The notes under the pieces: generated by a model
Database searches by the model: none
What the model was told of the DNA's origin: nothing
What the model saw: only the letters and a program-made list of their open reading frames with translations
Program-made: the position numbers and the translations under genes
Virus record (IMG/VR): IMGVR_UViG_2609459844_000007
Coordinates: 1-15,367 of that record
Strand: one strand, 5' to 3'
Source: a virus
Taxonomy: Duplodnaviria; Heunggongvirae; Uroviricota; Caudoviricetes
Length of the DNA stretch: 15,367 nt
Shown here: positions 1 to 7,853 of the stretch, in pieces
Layout of the letters: every line of letters begins with the position of its first letter
Position numbering within the stretch: position 1 is the stretch's first letter

Positions 1-84
1 ATGGCGGGTTATTTGTCCTGGTTATTCCCCCGTTGTAAAATCTCTCCTAAACTTAACGGTACGGCACCACACTTCGGGGATGAA

Positions 85-276
85 ATGTTCGCGCTGGTAC
101 TTTTTGTTTGCTACCTGGATGGCGGTTGTGAAGATATTGTTGTGGATGTCTACAACACGGAACAGCAGTGTCTTTATTCTATGAGCGATCAACGGATCCG
201 CCATGGCGGTTGTTTTCCGATTGAGGATTTTATAGATGGTTTCTGGCGACCAGCACAGGAGTATGGTGATTTTTAA
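85..276 (+). CDS. yebW: Small conserved protein, 63 aa (MFALVLFVCYLDGG...), matching my recollection of E. coli YebW; the frame is open from position 1 but ATG at 85 gives the 63-aa product
   Basis: ORF track frame 1..276; internal ATG at 85; convergent with and abutting pphA stop; identity from recalled sequence, not searched. Confidence 0.6.
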   Translation: MFALVLFVCYLDGGCEDIVVDVYNTEQQCLYSMSDQRIRHGGCFPIEDFIDGFWRPAQEYGDF

Positions 277-933
277 TTATTGCAATTGCACAAGAGTCAG
301 TTCGCCCCCAAAGACAGCACCGGTATCAATATAATGCAGGTTGCCAATATCCACGCGATGTCGCAACGGTGTATGACCAAACCAGAAATGATCAGCACCT
401 GTAATTCCCTGCCCTTTTTGGCGTTCACCTAATCGCGAGCGGCTCCACAAGACCTGATGCAAATCAACGTCCTTTTGCCATTCATAAACATCATCTGGAT
501 AATCGGCATGAGCAATAACATGTTTGCCGGTACGACTGTGTACTTCAAGAATAAAGGGCAAATGCTGACATTTTTCCAGCGCCGTTTTCGCTTGTTTCTG
601 TTGATTATCTGCCAGCGCAATAAACCAGTCGCCGCCATTCATCAACCACAAAGACATCTGCTGGGATGCCAGCGCATCCATCGCCATCTGTTCATGATTG
701 CCTCTTACCGCACAAACCCAATGTTGTTCCAGTAACTGCAGACAACGTAAACTTTGCGGCCCACGATCGATAACGTCTCCTACTGAGATAAGTAAATCTC
801 GCCACGGATCAAAACGACAATGCCATAATTTGCGGCGCAACTGCTCAAGACAACCGTGTATATCGCCAGAAAGCCAGATATGTCGCCATTGATGACCCGC
901 AATTCTCTGATAAACGGGCGCAGGCTGTTTCAT
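277..933 (-). CDS. pphA: Serine/threonine protein phosphatase 1 (PrpA), calcineurin-like metallophosphatase, 218 aa
   Basis: Translation contains metallophosphatase motifs GDIHG, GDVIDRG, GNHE; sequence matches recalled E. coli PrpA; track ORF 277..936 begins MMKQ, second Met taken as start. Confidence 0.9.
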   Translation of the reverse strand: MKQPAPVYQRIAGHQWRHIWLSGDIHGCLEQLRRKLWHCRFDPWRDLLISVGDVIDRGPQSLRCLQLLEQHWVCAVRGNHEQMAMDALASQQMSLWLMNGGDWFIALADNQQKQAKTALEKCQHLPFILEVHSRTGKHVIAHADYPDDVYEWQKDVDLHQVLWSRSRLGERQKGQGITGADHFWFGHTPLRHRVDIGNLHYIDTGAVFGGELTLVQLQ

Positions 934-1065
934 CAATATTTTCCTCCCGCGCTAAAGATCACATAATCTTAACAAGAATGTTAAAAAACGCTGGACTCAG
1001 ACAGTAGAGTGTGTGTTATGGTTGACTATAAAGTCAGCGAAGGAAATGCTTCTGGCTTTTAACAG

Positions 1066-1098
1066 ATAAAAAGAGACCGAACACGATTCCTGTTTTCG
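1066..1098. repeat. Left prophage-chromosome junction: imperfect direct repeat of the sdsR 3'-end sequence (ataaaaagagaccgaacacgattcctgttttcgtc), about 29/33 identical to the copy at 14764..14795
   Basis: Direct sequence comparison of the two copies; 8-bp identical block agaccgaa (1073..1080) bounded by mismatches is the likely crossover region. Confidence 0.65.
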
Positions 1099-1397
1099 TC
1101 AACAAACAACAAAATCTTTTAGAATTAATGTGTTAAATAAATTTATGCTCATCTTTTAATCCCTAACACATACCATTACATATTAATACATTCAATTAGT
1201 TACCATTTTTTTCGAGTTTTTTAGAGAAATTTTCGGGAATATTTCAGATCAATCCATGCATACACAAGCAATTCCTGTATTGAATAATTCCGTAGCAATT
1301 ATGTAAAATCACCTCCGGCTGATTTTCATTCAAACTCGCGCTATCGAACGTCCATCAGCCAGCCGTGACACGTTCTTGCATACGACGTGCTACGGTT

Positions 1398-1535
1398 TCA
1401 TTTATCTCCGACCGGAAACTTCTTATACAAAGTCGATACGCCAACATCATAGATGATCGCCACCTTCTGGCGAGAAACTCCTGATGCAATTAGTCGTCCA
1501 GCCTGCGCCCATTGCTCCGGCGTGAGAGTAAGACA
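1398..1535 (-). pseudogene. 3' remnant of a Pin/Gin/Hin-family serine DNA invertase gene (C-terminal HTH only, about 45 codons, no start codon, catalytic domain absent)
   Basis: Minus-strand translation ...LTLTPEQWAQAGRLIASGVSRQKVAIIYDVGVSTLYKKFPVGDK* resembles the recalled C-terminal DNA-binding end of PinE-type invertases; in-frame stop immediately upstream. Confidence 0.7.
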
Positions 1536-1610
1536 TTAAACTGTAGAAAAATCTCATTAAACTTAATATAATAATAAGTTACAGAATTATCTTTACTGAA
1601 TAATAGATAT

Positions 1611-2156
1611 ATGAACATTAGTGAACTTAAAAACTGTATACACTATGAAGTAATAGGTTATAAACGCCCTTTCTCCTGGCGAAAAGCAATTGTTCGCGCA
1701 ATAAAACACAGAAGATTACGTTATTTATTTTGGTGGCGCATAGCAAAATATCTTTTTGATAAAGGCGGATACCGGCGAAAGGTTGCAGGAAAAATAGAAC
1801 GCTTCATTCTTGATAAATACAATGTAACCGTTCCCTTAACTGTAAATATTGGTAAAGGGTTCGACATATCTTATCTCAATGGCGTTGTTATCGGTCACAA
1901 AGTTACAATAGGTGAAAATTGTTCAATTAAGCCTGGAGTAACTATTGGACTTCGCGGTGAATTTAATGATATGGATATTGTCATAGGAAATAATGTAACC
2001 ATCGGCTGTAACGCCACCATCCTTGGTGGCAAAGTGCATATAGGGAATAATGTAAAAATAGGAGCTCATGCATTGGTACTGCATGACATTCCTGATGACT
2101 CCACATTCATTACTAAATTTCACTCTGAAATTATTTATAACTCATCTCACACATAA
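1611..2156 (+). CDS. Hexapeptide-repeat (left-handed beta-helix) acyl/acetyltransferase, 181 aa, CysE/LacA/WbbJ/NeuO-like superfamily
   Basis: Visible [LIV]-G-x4 hexapeptide repeats (VIGHKVTIGENCSIKPGVTIG, IVIGNNVTIGCNATILGGKVHIGNNVKIGAHALV); markedly AT-rich relative to neighbours; convergent with tfa. Confidence 0.8.
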   Translation: MNISELKNCIHYEVIGYKRPFSWRKAIVRAIKHRRLRYLFWWRIAKYLFDKGGYRRKVAGKIERFILDKYNVTVPLTVNIGKGFDISYLNGVVIGHKVTIGENCSIKPGVTIGLRGEFNDMDIVIGNNVTIGCNATILGGKVHIGNNVKIGAHALVLHDIPDDSTFITKFHSEIIYNSSHT

Positions 2157-2166
2157 TTCCGTTTAA

Positions 2167-2739
2167 TCACAGCTCTGGCCATACGATATCCGGGGCTGTA
2201 TTTATATCAATCCGACTCACTAATACCCGGTATTTTTTCCAGGAAGATAGCATCGAGACTTCCTCATCAGTTGCCATTTCAAAATTAACAGCATCCTGCA
2301 GAATTGTTATGTTATCAGTCGCTTCCTGGATTAATCTTGCCTTTTTCTCTTCCGCCTCCCGGATCCGGAACAGTTTTTCTGCTTCTGCATCTTTCACCCA
2401 AGCTGTGCCGTTCCACTTCTGAAACTCCCCATCCGGCGACAACCAGGTGACATTTTTCGGTAATGGGCCAAGTTCAGAAATAAATAACGCGTCGCCGGAA
2501 GCCACGTCATAGACGGTTTTACCCCGATGGTCTTCAATGAGATGCCACGATACCTCATCACTGTTGAAAACAGCCACAAAGCCAGCCGGAATATCTGGCG
2601 GTGCAATATCGGTACTGTTTGCTGGCAGACCTGTATGAGGCGGAATATATGCGTCACCGTCACCAATAAATTCATTAGTTCCGGTCAGCAGATTATAAAT
2701 TTTGATGGTTCGTGATTGTTCACTCATTCTGAATGCCAT
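2167..2739 (-). CDS. Tail fibre assembly protein (Tfa family, P2 gpG-like), 190 aa
   Basis: C-terminal region ([18 protein letters not shown]...[25 protein letters not shown]) matches the recalled conserved Tfa C-terminus; start overlaps tail fibre stop. Confidence 0.85.
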   Translation of the reverse strand: MAFRMSEQSRTIKIYNLLTGTNEFIGDGDAYIPPHTGLPANSTDIAPPDIPAGFVAVFNSDEVSWHLIEDHRGKTVYDVASGDALFISELGPLPKNVTWLSPDGEFQKWNGTAWVKDAEAEKLFRIREAEEKKARLIQEATDNITILQDAVNFEMATDEEVSMLSSWKKYRVLVSRIDINTAPDIVWPEL

Positions 2740-3854
2740 TATGCAAGCCTCACAATATAGTTAAATGCGATGTTTTTGACGGTGTTTTCCGCGTTACCAG
2801 CAGCGTTAACGGTGATGGTGTGTCCATGTGAGCCAATTGCAACGGAGTGCGTATGTGCACCAATACCGACAGTATGTGTATGCGCCCCAGCACTTGCTGC
2901 AGTACCTGATACTGAGTGGGTATGCGCGCCAGCAGAATTCGTTGCACCTAAGTGAGTTTGAGCAGAGTTCGACGAAGCTACTCTACCGGAGCTAACGTTA
3001 GCATTATCCCCCTGAGATATCGGATGCGTATGTGCACCTGCTGAAGCTGCTGTTCCGCTAACGCTATGGGTATGCGCACCAGTGTTATTCGTAGATTTAG
3101 TTCCATAATCAAACGATGATGTGTTTTTTGTCCCTAAATCTGTATTTGAAGCACTGGCGCTGTGGGTGTGCGATTTAATGCCGTCCTGTTCCTGGCTAAG
3201 AACATCACGTCCACTTGCAGGCTTACCTTTGATTGTCCAGCCACGCATATCAGGGATCACGCCTGACGGATAAGCGGCTGCAAGTTTCGGGTATGCAGAC
3301 TTGTCAAAAGTCTGTCCCTGCATCAGAGCATAACCAGATGGAACTGTATCTGATGGCCACGGGATCGGGGCACCTACAGGAAAGGTCGAATTATTTTCCA
3401 AACCAAGATATTTAAGGACATCAGCAACAGAGCTTTTTGCCAAAATATCTCGCCCAACCTGTGTCAGGTCAGCCAAATTAGCGGTATCTTGATTGGTAAA
3501 ATACGGTAATTTGTTTTCGGATGCTGAAAGATTAGCAAGTGCGGTAAGTATGGCATTAATTCTCTGATAGTTCTTATCTAATGCAGACGACATTTTTGCG
3601 ATAAAGCCTGCCTGATCGCCATCGTCCTGTACATCCAGTCCACTTTCATTTGCTGTATATTGTGCCATTGCAGATGCAATAAAGCTGGCCTGCCGAATAA
3701 CCTTATTGACTTGCGCACTGGATGCTTTCCCTGCTGTAAATCCGGATAAAAGCGCAGGCAACGCTTCCCATTCCTCCTGCGGCATAACATTGGCATTTTT
3801 ACCCGTTGCAAACGCTTTAAAGTCATTTTTCGCCATCAGAGTAATACTCCCCAT
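2739..3854 (-). CDS. Phage tail fibre protein (P2 gpH-like N-terminal region, collar-type C-terminal domain with GAHTHS repeats), 371 aa
   Basis: Segment [37 protein letters not shown] resembles recalled P2 gpH; repeated [19 protein letters not shown] motifs; position upstream of tfa. Confidence 0.8.
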   Translation of the reverse strand: MGSITLMAKNDFKAFATGKNANVMPQEEWEALPALLSGFTAGKASSAQVNKVIRQASFIASAMAQYTANESGLDVQDDGDQAGFIAKMSSALDKNYQRINAILTALANLSASENKLPYFTNQDTANLADLTQVGRDILAKSSVADVLKYLGLENNSTFPVGAPIPWPSDTVPSGYALMQGQTFDKSAYPKLAAAYPSGVIPDMRGWTIKGKPASGRDVLSQEQDGIKSHTHSASASNTDLGTKNTSSFDYGTKSTNNTGAHTHSVSGTAASAGAHTHPISQGDNANVSSGRVASSNSAQTHLGATNSAGAHTHSVSGTAASAGAHTHTVGIGAHTHSVAIGSHGHTITVNAAGNAENTVKNIAFNYIVRLA

Positions 3855-4516
3855 GCTCCTATATCAAAACCACTGATGAATTCGTTATCCATATCAAAAC
3901 CAAAAAATTTTGAGCTTTCCGATGGGGTTTCCACCGAAGGTGTTTCAATGCCACCCGCCCATACCCCGGCGGCTTTTACTGTGAGATACCCCTGTTTAAT
4001 TGCCGCAATTAACTCACGCGATACATCTGAAATATCAGTATCAGGAAAGACCCAGACCGATATCGTCATGTCCTGGTTATCGACTATCTGCATTCGCAGC
4101 CCGGCTCCTGCTGTTACAGCGTCAAGAATTGCCGGAAGCGAATCATTCCGTCCGTCCCAGTTATTAATCGCAATCTTCGCTTTAAGAATGACACGATAGG
4201 TTTCATCGCTGAGGTACATGTATCCGGAATCAGGATCGTATGGTCCCTGCCATACCCCCTGATCATATCCAAGCCCGTCGGTATCCCAGCTGAAATAGAC
4301 ACCTGAGATAGGCTGGCTGACAATACGGCTACGTCCGATCCACAATCCCAGAATGTCAAGTTGCACACCAACCGCAGAGTCAATATCAAATGCAGTAATC
4401 AGCCCTCTGGTGGCAGCCGCAACATCAATAAGCGGCCGGGTCATCAGATCAACATGTGCAAGAAATTTAGGTTTGGTGGCGTGATAGTTTGTGATTAGTT
4501 CGGTGTATTTGCCCAT
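3836..4516 (-). CDS. Putative phage baseplate/tail protein (P2 gpI / e14 YmfQ position), 226 aa
   Basis: Long ORF between baseplate-J fragment and tail fibre in J-I-H-G order; overlapping start/stop coupling with both neighbours; family assignment by position only. Confidence 0.5.
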   Translation of the reverse strand: MGKYTELITNYHATKPKFLAHVDLMTRPLIDVAAATRGLITAFDIDSAVGVQLDILGLWIGRSRIVSQPISGVYFSWDTDGLGYDQGVWQGPYDPDSGYMYLSDETYRVILKAKIAINNWDGRNDSLPAILDAVTAGAGLRMQIVDNQDMTISVWVFPDTDISDVSRELIAAIKQGYLTVKAAGVWAGGIETPSVETPSESSKFFGFDMDNEFISGFDIGAWGVLL

Positions 4517-5094
4517 GACTCCACCGTTATAACGATATTTTCCGGGGTACAGGACGCAGATTCGTTATATCTGATATCAATGTTTGATGACGACAAAGCC
4601 CCCGGGGATTTCCCAATCGTCAGTTCCTGAATATCGTAATAGCGTGCATTCCCGCCACTCGCCACGCCAAGATTCGCCGGTGAGTAAATGCGACTTAAAA
4701 GGACTGAATCACCAATCGTCAGACTATTGATATAGTCGGAAATAGCCTGCTGGATCTGCTGCCCTATCTGTGAGGTATAACCCGTAAAAACTTTTAATTT
4801 AATCCGGGCATAAACAGGCACATCACTGGAACGCGAGAATTTGATTACATGGGGATTGCCGTATTTATCCGGAACCGTAACGGATGTTGTACCGTGAGTG
4901 GCTGTCCCCTGGCCTTTATTCCCTCTGATAGCCTGAGCAATATCCGTCACATCACCGCCATCCACAATTACAGCAACAGAGTGTGGCGGTAACCCGTTAC
5001 CGTCCTCCGAACCAGTATCGTTTTCATAGAGTTTGTGGCGGGTTACACCGGTAACATTAGAAACAGCACCATCCAGTGCTTCAAATGGGGTTAA
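4495..5094 (-). pseudogene. Baseplate J-like protein, C-terminal fragment (5' end deleted)
   Basis: ORF has no plausible native start (track begins at a TTG inside the junction); reading frame runs directly out of the truncated dnaC-like gene; position upstream of gpI-like gene. Confidence 0.6.
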
Positions 5095-5497
5095 CCACAA
5101 TCACTGTCTGACCGTCTTTCAGCAGGCGATTCCCGATAGCTGCCGCTAAGTGATTCTTCCCGGTACCAGGTTTTCCGCTGAACGCAAAATTTGTACACCC
5201 GGTCATCAGTTCATCGGCGATGGATTTCGCCTGGCTTAACGCGTGTCGCTGGCCGTCGTTCTGCACCTGGTAATTCGCAAACGAGCATTTACGGTGCAAC
5301 GGCTGGATGCCTGAGCGATTCAGAATTTTTTCCACCCGCAACTGGCGATTCAGGCGGTTGATCTCCTCGCTACGTTTCTGGCCTTCAGCAAGTTGCCACT
5401 CGCGCCACTCCGCTACCGTTCTGAATGGTGCGGTTACATGTGGCGGAGTCAGTCGGCGGATGCGTTCCAGAACGCCGCCTGTCGCAATATTTTTCAT
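5081..5497 (-). pseudogene. DnaC-like phage replication protein (helicase loader, YdaV-like), N-terminal 135 aa only; reading frame leaves DnaC homology after ...GQTVIVV and stops
   Basis: Strong resemblance to recalled E. coli DnaC N-terminal half including Walker A GKPGTGKNHLAAAI; DnaC homology ends at about 5093 then NPI-stop. Confidence 0.8.
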
Positions 5498-5503
5498 GGT
5501 CCG

Positions 5504-6298
5504 TTACCCCCTGAAGCCTGGCGGGATCGCACTGTCCGGCAACGAGACGGTGTTAACCTGTCGGAGCAACGTCTCAGGCCGAACACCTTTCGGCGCGAAC
5601 AGGCCCTGGTATTCATTGGCGATACTGTGTCGAATCACCTGCTCGGGTGTAAAACCCTGCTGGCGGAATTTTTCCAGCTCCCGTATCGCCCCGTTAGCGC
5701 CCTGCTCCGTTCGAATCGGTTTTCGCAATGCCTGCCTGAACCGGACCCACTCATGCCAGAGTGTTTCCGGCAACCAGTCAGGCAGCTCAATAGCCTCCGG
5801 CTCAAATTTTTTAGACGCTCGTTTTTGGCGAGGGGGATTTAGGGGGAGATCAGTATTTATATCTTCCTCTTCCTCTTCCTCTTCCTCTGGTAACGCTTTT
5901 TGATCCATTTGTGTAACGCTGCCAGCGTTACCTTTTCGTTTCAGTTCGCGTATTTTTGTAACTCGCTCGTTTGTAACCGCCCGTTTTTTAGAGCTTTTTC
6001 CGTTATGACGTTCAAAGTTAGGTAGAGAAAGCCCAACGTCATTTTCGACCAGCCATCCAACCTGAATTAACGCATCAGCAAAACCAGCCATAAAAGTGAT
6101 GCGATCTATTGCACTTTTTGTAACGCCGCGAGCGTTACAATCTGCATTACCGTCTATCATTTGTTGATCCGCCCATGCCCAGAAGCGAATAACCTTCCCT
6201 AATGCGGCATCTGGATCAATATTCAGAATCTCAGCAAGCCTGAATATTTCCGGCTTATCCGGCGTAATAACCTCGAGCTTTATCCAGTTTGAAGCCAT
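5504..6298 (-). CDS. Phage replication initiation protein (YdaU-like), 264 aa, with internal poly-Glu tract
   Basis: Position between CII-like gene and dnaC-like gene as in Rac (ydaT-ydaU-ydaV); family assignment by position and recollection. Confidence 0.65.
   Translation of the reverse strand: MASNWIKLEVITPDKPEIFRLAEILNIDPDAALGKVIRFWAWADQQMIDGNADCNARGVTKSAIDRITFMAGFADALIQVGWLVENDVGLSLPNFERHNGKSSKKRAVTNERVTKIRELKRKGNAGSVTQMDQKALPEEEEEEEEDINTDLPLNPPRQKRASKKFEPEAIELPDWLPETLWHEWVRFRQALRKPIRTEQGANGAIRELEKFRQQGFTPEQVIRHSIANEYQGLFAPKGVRPETLLRQVNTVSLPDSAIPPGFRG
5863..5888. repeat. Simple sequence repeat (cttcct)x4, encoding the EEEEEEEE tract of the replication protein on the minus strand
   Basis: Direct reading of sequence. 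Confidence 0.9.
5913..5931. promoter_or_regulatory. 19-bp palindrome gtaacgc-tgcca-gcgttac (copy 1 of 3), candidate protein-binding site/iteron
   Basis: Perfect 7-bp inverted arms with 5-bp spacer; same arms recur at 6120 and 6312. Confidence 0.45.
6120..6138. promoter_or_regulatory. 19-bp palindrome gtaacgc-cgcga-gcgttac (copy 2 of 3)
   Basis: Direct reading; 207 bp from copy 1. Confidence 0.45.
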
Positions 6299-6311
6299 TT
6301 GTTTTCACCTT

Positions 6312-6330
6312 GTAACGCTCGCAGCGTTAC
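6312..6330. promoter_or_regulatory. 19-bp palindrome gtaacgc-tcgca-gcgttac (copy 3 of 3), just upstream of the replication gene start
   Basis: Direct reading; 192 bp from copy 2. Confidence 0.45.
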
Positions 6331-6375
6331 ATTTAACTGATACCGAACAAAACAATCCGGCACGATTAATTTCAA

Positions 6376-6798
6376 TCAATGCACTACGACAGAATCGCCG
6401 GGCGACCCACCACCGCTGAAATGTGCTTTCCGGTAAACGGCCTGGACTGCATCATCATGCGCATCAATTGCCGTACTCAACGCTTCCTGCGCCGCCAGTA
6501 ATGCACGGCGTTCCAGGGTATCGAAGATGCAGAGTCGGTGACGCAGCTCGCGCGGAAGAATTGCCAGAACCGCAGGGATCAGTTTCTGAATTTTTTCCCT
6601 TTGCGCTTTCGTTTCACCTTTCAACCAACGGTGATAGATATTCTGCTGATTGTTCCAGTCCTTGCCTGGTACAAGGGGCAATTCGCCGCCCCCCTGGCGC
6701 AGATATTCTTCAGTAATTGCGTTAGCGACCCACGCCTGCCCTTTTTCGGCTGCCAGGGCTAACAACACTGATTCGATGTGCTCATGCCTGATTTTCAT
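6376..6798 (-). CDS. ydaT: YdaT-like (CII-like) prophage regulatory protein, 140 aa
   Basis: Sequence resembles recalled Rac YdaT; overlaps upstream Cro-like gene by 4 nt; position downstream of cro. Confidence 0.7.
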   Translation of the reverse strand: MKIRHEHIESVLLALAAEKGQAWVANAITEEYLRQGGGELPLVPGKDWNNQQNIYHRWLKGETKAQREKIQKLIPAVLAILPRELRHRLCIFDTLERRALLAAQEALSTAIDAHDDAVQAVYRKAHFSGGGSPGDSVVVH

Positions 6799-7037
6799 GA
6801 ATCAACCGCTCCTATGCTGTTTTCGCTATGCTTACCGTCTGGGGGGAATACATCGTCAAGTCCACAATGAGCGCCAAGCCGATTAAGGGTAGAAACAATT
6901 TTTCTGCACTCCTCTAGTCCAGGGGTACGAAAATTTGCTTCGTAATTTGCCAGTCGGCTTTGTATCCACCCTAACTGAACAGCAAGTTGTCTTTGAGACA
7001 GCCCAAGCTGTTTTCGATATGTTGAAATTTTGTTCAT
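6795..7037 (-). CDS. Cro-like HTH DNA-binding protein (YdaS-like), 80 aa
   Basis: HTH LGLSQRQLAVQLGWIQSRLANYEA; divergent from repressor gene; GGAGG Shine-Dalgarno 6 nt upstream of ATG. Confidence 0.75.
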   Translation of the reverse strand: MNKISTYRKQLGLSQRQLAVQLGWIQSRLANYEANFRTPGLEECRKIVSTLNRLGAHCGLDDVFPPDGKHSENSIGAVDS

Positions 7038-7061
7038 TGAAAACCTCCGATGACAATTTTA

Positions 7062-7122
7062 AACACACCTTGTGTTATATGGTCAAGCTGTTTTGTGTTT
7101 TATGTAAATCACGATTCGTGAT
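7062..7122. promoter_or_regulatory. Right operator region: inverted repeats aacac-N5-gtgtt (7062..7076), degenerate copy (7085..7099), atcac-N5-gtgat (7108..7122) at 23-bp spacing, between divergent cro-like and repressor genes
   Basis: Direct reading; candidate -35 TTGACC on minus strand (complement of 7081..7086) for the cro-like gene. Confidence 0.6.
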
Positions 7123-7133
7123 ACAAGGATGCA

Positions 7134-7553
7134 ATGGAAAAAGAAAACGAAAAAATTGCCGCCAGTAGGCTCAATGACAAAATTGCAATGCGTCTTAAAG
7201 AGCGCAGGCAGAAGCTTGGTTTATCTCAAGGAAAACTTGCTGAAATCTGCGGATGGACGCAATCGCGTATAGGTAACTATGAGGCGGGCAGCAGAAATGT
7301 TGGAGTGCATGACGCTGTCGTATTGGGAAAGGCACTTGGCATATCTCCTCCTGAGCTCCTCTTTGGAGAACAGGAATCTTCTGAATTGTGGTTAAATGAA
7401 TCCCAACGAAAACTTCTTGAGTTGTTTAACCAGCTACCGGGCTCAGAACAACAACGAATGATTGAGCTATTTGAAGTCCGGCTAAAAGAAATCGATGAGT
7501 ATGTAGAAAAATATTTGAGAGGCAGGCTTAAAGATAATCCCCCACCGGAGTAA
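7134..7553 (+). CDS. CI-like prophage repressor, XRE-family HTH, 139 aa, no LexA/S24-like peptidase domain
   Basis: HTH LGLSQGKLAEICGWTQSRIGNYEA nearly identical in the recognition region to the Cro-like protein; divergent arrangement across operators. Confidence 0.8.
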   Translation: MEKENEKIAASRLNDKIAMRLKERRQKLGLSQGKLAEICGWTQSRIGNYEAGSRNVGVHDAVVLGKALGISPPELLFGEQESSELWLNESQRKLLELFNQLPGSEQQRMIELFEVRLKEIDEYVEKYLRGRLKDNPPPE

Positions 7554-7583
7554 TGATCTTGCTATCACAGTAATATGCCAATC

Positions 7584-7608
7584 AGCCCGCTATCAGCGGG
7601 CTTTTTTG
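7584..7608 (+). terminator. Rho-independent terminator after repressor gene (agcccgct-atc-agcgggct + TTTTTTG)
   Basis: Perfect 8-bp stem, 3-nt loop, U-tract. Confidence 0.75.
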
Positions 7609-7637
7609 TACCATCATCATATGACACTCACCGAAAA

Positions 7638-7679
7638 AACACATTTCGTGTTGACATAAGAAAACGCATTGTGTTTAAT
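7638..7679 (+). promoter_or_regulatory. PL-like promoter (TTGACA 7651..7656, 17-bp spacer, TTTAAT 7674..7679) with overlapping operator aacac-N5-gtgtt (7638..7652) and a second degenerate operator (7661..7675)
   Basis: Direct reading; same operator motif and 23-bp phasing as in the right operator region. Confidence 0.6.
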
Positions 7680-7853
7680 AAGCATATCCAAACAACGCCC
7701 CATCAGAGAACGGCAGGACAATACCTCGAGTTATCCAGTCACTGAACAGGGCTAAGTAGCCAGCCTGAGGCATACGAACATGACGGCAGTTGTTGATTGA
7801 TACAAAGCGCAGTAGATAAAACGTTCCGCCACCCGGCGTTAAGGGGAAAAAAG

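Noticed and set aside
1-84. N-terminal extension of the yebW ORF back to the ATG at position 1 (91-aa version)
   Set aside because: The recalled YebW is 63 aa starting MFALV at 85; the extension may be frame-open by chance and the window edge prevents assessing upstream signals. Kept as an alternative only.
22-204. 60-aa minus-strand ORF overlapping yebW
   Set aside because: Antisense to a recognisable gene, no RBS, no family resemblance; likely spurious.
429-892. Three ORFs (429..638 -, 457..735 +, 698..892 +) inside pphA
   Set aside because: All lie within the pphA coding region in alternative frames or on the opposite strand; pphA identity is strong, so these are frame shadows.
3851-3910. 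Possible Pin/Gin crossover site (repeated atatcaaaacc at 3861 and 3889)
   Set aside because: Only loose resemblance to gix/hix half-sites, and the location (tail fibre start) is not where invertase crossover sites normally lie; more likely a coincidental short repeat.
3876-4389. ORFs 3876..4199 (+) and 4114..4389 (-) within the gpI-like tail gene
   Set aside because: Embedded in or antisense to a longer ORF that fits the J-I-H-G tail-gene order with coupled starts and stops.
5307-5903. 198-aa and 149-aa plus-strand ORFs antisense to the dnaC-like and replication genes
   Set aside because: The opposite strand encodes clear DnaC and replication-protein homology; the plus-strand products are low-complexity (poly-Ser from the complement of the Glu repeat) and lack starts with an SD.
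6423-6886. Plus-strand ORFs (97, 74, 78 aa) overlapping ydaT-like and cro-like genes
   Set aside because: Antisense shadows of well-supported minus-strand genes.
6883-7168. ORFs 6883..7068 (-) and 6935..7168 (+) spanning the cro/operator region
   Set aside because: They overlap the cro-like gene out of frame and run through the operator/promoter region; the HTH-encoding frames are the credible ones.
7688-7853. Lambda-type nut site (boxA/boxB) and an N-like antiterminator downstream of the PL-like promoter
   Set aside because: No boxA-like CGCTCTTA motif seen, and the 72-aa first ORF is not Arg-rich like N; antitermination cannot be supported from sequence.
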